Shown: positions 56,818-64,000 of the stretch, one piece after another
Position numbering within the stretch: the stretch's first letter is position 1
Layout of the letters: each line of letters opens with the position of its first letter
Source of the DNA: Desulfatiglandales bacterium
GTDB taxonomy: Bacteria > Desulfobacterota > DSM-4660 > Desulfatiglandales > HGW-15
Assembly: GCA_963667015.2 (NCBI GenBank)
Contig: CAXXJJ010000004.1
Coordinates: 3,552,001 to 3,616,000 of the forward strand
Direction of reading: 5' to 3'
Length of the DNA stretch: 64,000 nt
The notes under the pieces: model-generated
What the model saw: only the letters and a program-made list of their open reading frames with translations
What the model was told of the DNA's origin: nothing
Database searches by the model: none
Translations under genes and position numbers: made by a program

Positions 56818-58032
56818 ATGTATCTCCTGTTAAGCTGGCGTAACCTGTGGAGGAACAGAAAGCGGACAATAATCGCGGCTTCATCGGTCTTCTTTGCAGT
56901 ACTGCTTGCCGTGACGATGCGTTCCGGGCAGCATGGTTCCTACTCCTACATGATCGATTCATCGGCAAAACTCTTTACCGGTCACCTGCAGGTACAGGGA
57001 AAGGGATACTGGGATAATCACTCCATTGACAGGAGTATTGTGCTCAAACCCGACCGTCAGAAAGATATTTCGGAAATCGCGCATGTAACGTCCATCACAC
57101 CCCGGCTTGAGGCCTTTTCACTTGTTGCCTATGAAACCAGCACCAGGGTGGCACAGGTTATCGGTATTGATCCTTCAAAAGAAGACCGGATGACCGGTCT
57201 TAAAAAACGGCTCATAAAGGGAAACTACCTGACATCCGGATCCGAAGGCGTTCTGGTTGCGCAGGGGCTGGCGGATCTATTAAAAATCAAGGTGGGAAAC
57301 AGCCTTATTATATACGGGCAGGGATATCATGGCCAGATTGCAGCAGCGCGTCTGCCTGTTTTGGGAATTGTAGACCTCCCCTTTCCTGAACTCAACAACA
57401 GCATGGTGTATCTCACCCTCGACAAGGCGCGTGATGTGTTCTCTGCCTACAATCGCATAACCTCCCTTGCAGTCATGGTGGACAATGTACGAAATCTGCC
57501 CGTTGTAGAAAACAGTATTAAAGGGGTAACAGAAAATGAATTCACCATTATGACATGGGATGAAATGCTTCCGGACCTGGTCCAGAACATCCAGCTGGAT
57601 AATGCCAGCGGGATTATTATGCTTTTCATCCTTTATATTGTAATCTCCTTCGGGGTCTTTGGCACGGTTATGATGATGACCTCAGAGAGGTTGAAGGAGT
57701 TCGGCATTCTGATATCAGTCGGAATGAAAAAAAGCCGGCTTATAATAGTAACCACTGTTGAATCGATTTTTATCTCACTGTTAGGTGTTGCTGCCGGCAT
57801 TCTGGGCAGTATTCCGGTCATTTTTTATCTTCATTACAACCCCATTCGCATGACAGGTGATGCGGCAAAGGCCTTTGAGTCCATCGGCGTGGAACCCATC
57901 ATGAATTTCAGCACCGATCCGCAGATCTTTTTTACACAATCCATCGTGGTCATGATCATAGCCCTGGCTACCGCAATATACCCGGTTTTGTTCATTAATC
58001 GCATTCAACCTGCTAAAGCCATACACGGTTAG
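56818..58032 (+). CDS. ABC permease, FtsX/LolC-E type
   Basis: SWRNLWRNRKRT, ERLKEFGILISVG. Confidence 0.9.
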   Translation: MYLLLSWRNLWRNRKRTIIAASSVFFAVLLAVTMRSGQHGSYSYMIDSSAKLFTGHLQVQGKGYWDNHSIDRSIVLKPDRQKDISEIAHVTSITPRLEAFSLVAYETSTRVAQVIGIDPSKEDRMTGLKKRLIKGNYLTSGSEGVLVAQGLADLLKIKVGNSLIIYGQGYHGQIAAARLPVLGIVDLPFPELNNSMVYLTLDKARDVFSAYNRITSLAVMVDNVRNLPVVENSIKGVTENEFTIMTWDEMLPDLVQNIQLDNASGIIMLFILYIVISFGVFGTVMMMTSERLKEFGILISVGMKKSRLIIVTTVESIFISLLGVAAGILGSIPVIFYLHYNPIRMTGDAAKAFESIGVEPIMNFSTDPQIFFTQSIVVMIIALATAIYPVLFINRIQPAKAIHG

Positions 58033-58048
58033 GAAGGGAGACGCTAAA

Positions 58049-59263
58049 TTGCTCGCATTACTGGCATGGAAAAACATATGGAGAAACAGGAAGCGAAGCC
58101 TGATCATCATTACTGCCATTACATTCGGACTGTGGGGAGGTCTGGTGGCAGGCGCAGTCATGATGGGATGGGGAGAATCAATGGTAAACACCGCAATAAA
58201 CCGGGACCTTGGACATATCCAGATACACAGGTCCGGTTTTACCGGTGACAGGGGTGTAAACCTGTACATCCCTGATGGAATTGAAATTTTACAGAATATT
58301 CGTTCATTACCGAATGTTAAAGCAGCCTCCGGAAGAACCCTGGTGGACGGGATGGCGGCATCCCCTTCATCCACATTCGGGGTGCGCATAGCAGGCATTG
58401 ATCCGGAAAATGAAGGCAGGGTCACCAGCATAAAGGACATTCTTACCGAGGGCACATATTTTGAGACTGACAGGAAAAATCCTGTAATCATAGGGAAGAA
58501 GCTGGCAGACCGCCTGAACCTCAAGATTCACTCAAAACTGGTGTTGAGCTTTCAATCCATGGATGAAAACCTGGTATATGGCGCCTTTCGTATTGTCGGG
58601 ATTTTTAAAAGTGAATCATCGGCCTTTGATGAATCTCATGTGTTTGTACTTCAGAAAGACCTGCTGCGTCTCTTTGGAAGCAAGCCTGTAATCCATGAAA
58701 TAGCAGTAAGGGCGGATTCTTCAAAATCGATCCCATCCATTTTTACGGCATTAAAAAAAGATTATTCAGGGCTTTCAATTGAGACATGGAAGGAGCTTTC
58801 CCCGGAAACGGCTGCGGTCGCCGCTGCAATGGAAAGCTGGTCCTATGTTTTTGTGGGTATCATACTTATGGCACTTATCTTCGGCATCACCAATACCATG
58901 CTTATGGCAGTCATGGAACGCACTCAGGAGCTGGGGATACTCATGGCAGTTGGAATGAAAAAAGGGAAGGTCTTTATAATGATTCTTTTAGAGACCATCA
59001 TGCTCTCAATCACCGGGGGCGTCTGCGGAATGATTACCGGTGCTGTTACAATTACAGCGCTTTCACGGACCGGGCTGGATCTGACGGCCTTTGCCTCCAG
59101 TCTTGAGAGTTTTGGAGCAAGCACGATCCTGTATCCCTTCCTGCCTGCAGGTATGTATTTTATACTGGTCGCGATGATTATAGCGGCTGCAGGCATTGCC
59201 TCCACCATGCCGGCATGGAAGGCCATACACCTTAAACCGTCCGATGCGATAAGGGCATATTAG
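58049..59263 (+). CDS. ABC permease, FtsX/LolC-E type (second)
   Basis: AWKNIWRNRKRS, ERTQELGILMAVG; TTG start. Confidence 0.9.
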   Translation: MLALLAWKNIWRNRKRSLIIITAITFGLWGGLVAGAVMMGWGESMVNTAINRDLGHIQIHRSGFTGDRGVNLYIPDGIEILQNIRSLPNVKAASGRTLVDGMAASPSSTFGVRIAGIDPENEGRVTSIKDILTEGTYFETDRKNPVIIGKKLADRLNLKIHSKLVLSFQSMDENLVYGAFRIVGIFKSESSAFDESHVFVLQKDLLRLFGSKPVIHEIAVRADSSKSIPSIFTALKKDYSGLSIETWKELSPETAAVAAAMESWSYVFVGIILMALIFGITNTMLMAVMERTQELGILMAVGMKKGKVFIMILLETIMLSITGGVCGMITGAVTITALSRTGLDLTAFASSLESFGASTILYPFLPAGMYFILVAMIIAAAGIASTMPAWKAIHLKPSDAIRAY

Positions 59264-59285
59264 AAAAATAAAAAGGAAGAACGAA

Positions 59286-59972
59286 ATGGCACTGATTGAA
59301 ATAACCGACCTGGGCAAGGTTTATAACTCAAAGACAATTCCGGTGGAGGCAGTCAGGCATCTTGACCTGGCAATCGACAGGGGAGAATTCACCGCTATCG
59401 TAGGCCCCTCGGGCTCCGGCAAGACTACACTGCTCAACCTTATAGGCGGTTTGGATACACCGACCTATGGTAAAATTATCATAGACGGGACAAATATAGC
59501 TGATTTGAAGGCTTCGGATATGGTTGAATACAGGCTTCGCCATATCGGATTTGTTTTTCAGGCCTATAACCTGATACCTGTACTGTCTGCCAGGGAAAAC
59601 GTTGAATTCATCATGCTGCTTCAGGGTGTGGGGAAAAAGGAGAGGAAAAAACGCGCAACCGAACTTCTGGATGCGGTAGGACTGGGTGAACGCATGGAGA
59701 ATCGCCCAGGCCAGCTTTCAGGAGGTCAGCAGCAGAGGGTGGCCGTGGCCCGTGCACTTGCTTCTCATCCGGCCTTTGTCCTTGCAGACGAACCCACCGC
59801 AAACCTTGATTCCGAATCAACTGCATCACTTCTTGATCTTATGGGTCAGTTAAACAAAAAATATGACATGACCTTTGTCTTTTCAACCCATGATGCAAGG
59901 GTCATACAGCGTGCACGTCGGGTGATCACACTGGAGGACGGAATGAAAAAACAGGATGTGACAGATAATTGA
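59286..59972 (+). CDS. ABC ATP-binding protein, LolD type
   Basis: GPSGSGKT, GFVFQAYNL, LSGGQQQRVA, LADEPTANLD. Confidence 0.95.
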   Translation: MALIEITDLGKVYNSKTIPVEAVRHLDLAIDRGEFTAIVGPSGSGKTTLLNLIGGLDTPTYGKIIIDGTNIADLKASDMVEYRLRHIGFVFQAYNLIPVLSARENVEFIMLLQGVGKKERKKRATELLDAVGLGERMENRPGQLSGGQQQRVAVARALASHPAFVLADEPTANLDSESTASLLDLMGQLNKKYDMTFVFSTHDARVIQRARRVITLEDGMKKQDVTDN

Positions 59973-59975
59973 TCA

Positions 59976-61172
59976 ATGAGAAAAATAATCCTTAAAATAA
60001 TATTTCTCGCACTGCTACTGCCCTGCCATCTGCTGGCTCAGGATTCCGGCATTGAAATATCCGGGTATATCAAGCATATATCGAGCTTATCCGACTACCC
60101 GGGTGTCAAGGATACCCTTTATGATCAGCTCGTACACGCAAGGGTCGACACTGCCTGGTACCCGTCTGATTCCCTGCGGGGAGAGATGGGCATACGTGTA
60201 CGGGGCTTCTATGGTAATTCATTTGTAAAAATCCCCCGATACAGGGAAGAGATAAAAATCGATTATGATTTCACAAACCTGGATGCAGTTTTATGGGACA
60301 GTAAAAAGAGTATGGGATACGGCCAGATAGACCGGTTGTGGATGGGTTACACAAAAAAGGACCTGGAGGTCACAGTGGGGAGGCAGCGCATTGCCTGGGG
60401 AACCTCCCTGGTCTGGAACGTGATCGATCTCTTTAATCCAAAATCCGTGCTGGATTATGACTATGAAGAAAAACCGGGCACAGATGCCATTCGAATGCAG
60501 TACTATACCGGAGCTGTCTCAAAGGTGGAGATATCTGTCAGACCGGGAAAGGACAGTGACCACTATACTGCAGCCGGACTCTATTCAGTAAACATTTCCG
60601 GATACGATTTATTCGGGATTGCGGGGATCCGGAACAATCAGTGGGTGGCCGGTGGCGCCTGGGCAGGGGCAATTTCTGACGGCGGGTTCAGGGGAGAATT
60701 CCTTATAAGCCAGTCATTGGACAGGACCCCTTCAAGGGACCATCTGCCAGCACCCGTCACAGAAGATTCCTTATTTGAATCTACAGGAACCGTAGCGAGT
60801 TTCGTCCTTTCAGGTGATTATACATTTGCCAGCACCTTTTATATCCATACCGAATGCCTGTATAACAGCAACGGAAAAACAGAGAATGCAGGGCTGTTTC
60901 AACAGGAGGCTGCCTACGCGGGGATGCTCTCTCCTGCCCAATGGTCAATCTACCAGGAGTTTGCATATGACTTAACTCCCCTGACCAGGGCAACCCTTTT
61001 TGGTTTTTTTAATCCAAATGATCATTCATTTATAATAGTGCCTATGCTGTCCAGATCGGTTACTGCAAACATGGATCTCCTGCTTATCGGATTCCTGCCT
61101 TCGGGCAGACACAATACCGAGTTTGGAATATACGGAAAATCAATCAATCTGCGCCTTAAATACTCTTTCTGA
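59976..61172 (+). CDS. Probable outer-membrane beta-barrel protein
   Basis: Signal peptide, VGRQRIAWG..WN..DLFNP, C-terminal LRLKYSF beta signal. Confidence 0.75.
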   Translation: MRKIILKIIFLALLLPCHLLAQDSGIEISGYIKHISSLSDYPGVKDTLYDQLVHARVDTAWYPSDSLRGEMGIRVRGFYGNSFVKIPRYREEIKIDYDFTNLDAVLWDSKKSMGYGQIDRLWMGYTKKDLEVTVGRQRIAWGTSLVWNVIDLFNPKSVLDYDYEEKPGTDAIRMQYYTGAVSKVEISVRPGKDSDHYTAAGLYSVNISGYDLFGIAGIRNNQWVAGGAWAGAISDGGFRGEFLISQSLDRTPSRDHLPAPVTEDSLFESTGTVASFVLSGDYTFASTFYIHTECLYNSNGKTENAGLFQQEAAYAGMLSPAQWSIYQEFAYDLTPLTRATLFGFFNPNDHSFIIVPMLSRSVTANMDLLLIGFLPSGRHNTEFGIYGKSINLRLKYSF

Positions 61173-61390
61173 TTTAAAGGATCAACAAGTCTTAATTAGC
61201 CTGTAATATCAACAATATGCCTTTTTTCACTTTCTGTGCTACCCCATTTTTTCACAATTATTGGACCATTTTTTCTTGCTATTTTATTTTTTTGTAAAGT
61301 AAATTAATTCGTCAGTCGATAGAATCATTAATGTATTGATTCATATTTGTAATACATTTAACAATTTAACAGTATGGAGGCTTTTTTAGT

Positions 61391-62047
61391 ATGCGTAGTA
61401 TTAAGTTTTATATAAGTGTTTTTATGGTAATAGGTTTAATCAGCTTAAACAGCTTCTCTTTTGCAGGAGAGCGTTATAATATTGATGTTGAAAGTGTTAA
61501 AAAGGCAGCTCAAAATAGTCTTTTTGATGGAGAGGCCGTGATTAAATGGGATGCAAAGATAAAAAACAACACAGATGCAAACCAGACCTATGAAGTTAAG
61601 GTAAATTTTTTGAACAGTGATAATGAAACAATCGTTGAAACAGCCAGATTAGTAACCTTTGATCCAGGGGAAGCAAAGGTAGTTACTCATGTAATGAACA
61701 TAGAGACAACAAAGGTCAAGGGTATCGATTCCGGATATGCCACCGTATCAAAGGTAAATGAGCAGACTTTGGCTGCCAGACTGGACAAAAACATGAATGT
61801 GAATATCAGCCCCCTTTCCGATGATTCAGTTTCACTGGCCTACACAGTTAAACTTAAAAACAATACTGACAAATCAATGACCCGTAAGGTTACAGTTGCA
61901 TTTCTTGATTCAAACAACAGACAAGTTAGAAGTGAAACAATGCAGGCATCATTTAATGCGGGTGAATCAAAAACCATTACTGATACACTGAAAGTAAGCG
62001 CCTTTGATGCAGACAGGATATCTATCGGTCACGTTACACTCAACTAA
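61391..62047 (+). CDS. Secreted protein with two tandem beta-sandwich-like repeats
   Basis: KIKNNTD..YEVKVNFLNSDN..GEAK and KLKNNTD..KVTVAFLDSNN..GESK. Confidence 0.75.
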   Translation: MRSIKFYISVFMVIGLISLNSFSFAGERYNIDVESVKKAAQNSLFDGEAVIKWDAKIKNNTDANQTYEVKVNFLNSDNETIVETARLVTFDPGEAKVVTHVMNIETTKVKGIDSGYATVSKVNEQTLAARLDKNMNVNISPLSDDSVSLAYTVKLKNNTDKSMTRKVTVAFLDSNNRQVRSETMQASFNAGESKTITDTLKVSAFDADRISIGHVTLN

Positions 62048-62090
62048 CATTAATTAAGCATAAATAATTGATGTTAAGCTTATAAAACCG

Positions 62091-62142
62091 ACGGCGGGGA
62101 TTTATTTCAAATAGAATTAAATCCCTGCCGTTTTCTTTTTTA
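62091..62142 (+). terminator. Intrinsic terminator
   Basis: ACGGCGGGGATTTA / TAAATCCCTGCCGT followed by a T tract. Confidence 0.8.
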
Positions 62143-62376
62143 TTATCCTCCCAGAAATGACACTTGAACATAAACCCGGGAAAACACAATAGAAAGTTTT
62201 ATTGATTGAATCCAGGGAAAGTATTATGTATCAATTATATATCAGTCATATCCGAGGGAGACCTGCTGACAAGATATGTAATTGTTAAAAAGAACTCGAG
62301 GCAGGCCTTCCACATAGACTGATATACAGGCTGTCTGAAATATTCATGGAAGATTGTAACAACAGGAGGATAGCAA

Positions 62377-62943
62377 ATGCGGATATATATTATATCAGGA
62401 TATATTATATCAGGTTTTATTCTGCTCTCTTTGATCGGCTGTAATAAAGAAAATCAGGAATGGAACCCCATCTTTGAAAACACCAGTTTTAACTATCTTA
62501 ACACAGAAATTGAACGGTCGATATCAATAATAGATGAAGCATCTTCCGAATCACTCAAGGAAAACGGGGACGCTGTGCAGGAAAAACTGCATCAGGCAAA
62601 AAGCAGACTGCTTGAGTTAAAGGACTATTATGTCCCGCTGACAACAGTAAGGCATAAAATTTATGATGCCGAAAGATTTTATAAACTTAATAATATTAAA
62701 AAATCTGAAAGCCTGCTCAACGATTCAAAATCAATACTAAAAACAGTAGATTCAGCAGCAGAAAATCAGGTCTTTGATAAAGTGATCCTTGAACTTGAAT
62801 CAATGATCGATGCAGCAATTCTATCCCTTGATGACAAATCCGGATCAACAACCTATGATAAAATGAAAACCCTGGGAGAACATATAAACCTGATGCTTGA
62901 AAAGGGAGATCTTGTATTATCGGGTATTGAATTCAATAAATAG
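62377..62943 (+). CDS. Hypothetical alpha-helical lipoprotein
   Basis: AGGAGG RBS; lipobox LIGC. Confidence 0.72.
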   Translation: MRIYIISGYIISGFILLSLIGCNKENQEWNPIFENTSFNYLNTEIERSISIIDEASSESLKENGDAVQEKLHQAKSRLLELKDYYVPLTTVRHKIYDAERFYKLNNIKKSESLLNDSKSILKTVDSAAENQVFDKVILELESMIDAAILSLDDKSGSTTYDKMKTLGEHINLMLEKGDLVLSGIEFNK

Positions 62944-63205
62944 TATCACCGGTTTGATAACGTAAAGACCAACATATCAATGAATTACCAACAGTATGAA
63001 AAGGAGATAATCCGCAAAGAGTCTTCTTTTCATAAAAAATATTATTTGATATTATACATACCTATAAAATCAGGTATTAACCTATTACCTGTATCACGCG
63101 AATTACTGCTTCAGATCAAAAACCTGATATCAAAGCCGATATTGTCTCTGTGTACATTCTGTAGAAACGTTCCATTTTTTAATCTGTCAGACAAAAGGAA
63201 GCTGT

Positions 63206-63424
63206 ATGGCGAAGAAGAAATTAAAGGAACATCTCATCAACCGGGAATGGTGCAAGGGATGCGGCATATGTGTGCACTTCTGTCCTAAAAATGTTCTGGA
63301 ACTGGATGATGACGAAAAGGCTTTTGCTGCACGTCCGGAAGACTGCATATGCTGCATGATGTGTGAACTTAGGTGTCCGGACCTTGCGATTGAGATTTTA
63401 ACCGAAGAAGAGGGGGCGCCTTAA
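63206..63424 (+). CDS. 2x[4Fe-4S] ferredoxin, OFOR delta subunit
   Basis: WCKGCGICVHFCP, CICCMMCELRCPD. Confidence 0.92.
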   Translation: MAKKKLKEHLINREWCKGCGICVHFCPKNVLELDDDEKAFAARPEDCICCMMCELRCPDLAIEILTEEEGAP

Positions 63425-63425
63425 G

Positions 63426-64000
63426 ATGACACAAAAGATAAGATTTGTTCAGGGAAATGAGGCATGTGTGGAGGGAGCCCTGTATGCGGGTCTTAATTTT
63501 TATGCAGGATACCCCATAACGCCTTCCACTGAAATTGCGGAACACCTGTCGCACCGGCTTCCCCTTGCCGGAGGCAAATTTATTCAGATGGAGGATGAGA
63601 TCGCATCCATCTGTGCCATTATCGGCGCATCCCTGACCGGTCACAAGGTCATGACTGCCACCAGCGGCCCCGGGTTTTCCCTGATGCAGGAAGGGCTGGG
63701 ATATGCCATCATGGCTGAAATTCCATGCGTGATTGTTAATATCATGCGTGGCGGGCCTTCCACCGGTCTGCCCACTTCTCCTGGCCAGGGAGATATAAAC
63801 CAGGCCCGCTGGGGAGCACACGGCGACCATGCCATTGTGGCAATGACCGCTTCCAACCATCAGGATGTATTCAGCGTTACGGTGGATGCATTCAACATTG
63901 CAGAGACCTACCGGACACCGGTTATTCTGCTCTTTGACGAAGTTATCGGCCATATGCGGGAGAAACTTGTCATACCGGAACCGGATGAACTGCCGGTGGT
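63426..64000 (+). CDS. 2-oxoacid:ferredoxin oxidoreductase alpha subunit, partial (runs off window end)
   Basis: MTQKIRFVQGNEAC..AGYPITPSTEIAE..QMEDEIAS..TSGPGFSLMQE..RGGPSTGLPT. Not in the ORF track. Confidence 0.92.
   Translation, partial: MTQKIRFVQGNEACVEGALYAGLNFYAGYPITPSTEIAEHLSHRLPLAGGKFIQMEDEIASICAIIGASLTGHKVMTATSGPGFSLMQEGLGYAIMAEIPCVIVNIMRGGPSTGLPTSPGQGDINQARWGAHGDHAIVAMTASNHQDVFSVTVDAFNIAETYRTPVILLFDEVIGHMREKLVIPEPDELPV

Noticed and set aside
62980..63288. 102-aa ORF before the ferredoxin
   Set aside because: AT-rich promoter-like DNA overlapping the ferredoxin out of frame; no motif.
1..64000. tRNA, rRNA, integron integrase or prophage genes
   Set aside because: None recognised by eye; tRNAscan-SE and Rfam searches would be needed to exclude small RNAs.

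Overview
Probably a sulfate-reducing Desulfobacterota-like chromosome (inferred from gene content). Layout: (1) 1-2.6 kb, a partial membrane-protein gene and an ABC-F ATPase. (2) About 2.7-27 kb, a largely AT-rich defence/accessory island: PIN toxin-antitoxin pair, two XRE-HTH/ImmA-IrrE peptidase fusions, HigB, DUF2779 nuclease, Sir2-HerA followed directly by a KTSC gene and a truncated PIN, a HEPN-like protein, a nucleotidyltransferase pair, two AAA-DUF4143 ATPases, slyX, sbcDC, and an AEP primase-helicase-PLD nuclease gene split by IS630. (3) 27-43.3 kb, a carbon/energy cluster: citrate synthase, an NqrBCDEF-like membrane complex lacking NqrA/RnfC, a GltD-like flavoprotein, an atypical FAD oxidoreductase, 2-oxoacid:ferredoxin oxidoreductase, glutamate dehydrogenase, aconitase, fumarase. 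(4) 43.8-51.9 kb, a decaying integron cassette array with no integrase in the window, including one attC interrupted by a MITE and preceded by four palindromes. (5) 52-64 kb, envelope genes, a TetR-led Lol-like ABC operon and the start of a second OFOR operon. Best novelty candidates: the extended HigBA-DUF2779-Sir2-HerA-KTSC operon, the NqrA-less complex with its partners, and short repeat motifs marking gene boundaries in the island. All family calls come from reading motifs by eye; no database searches were run.
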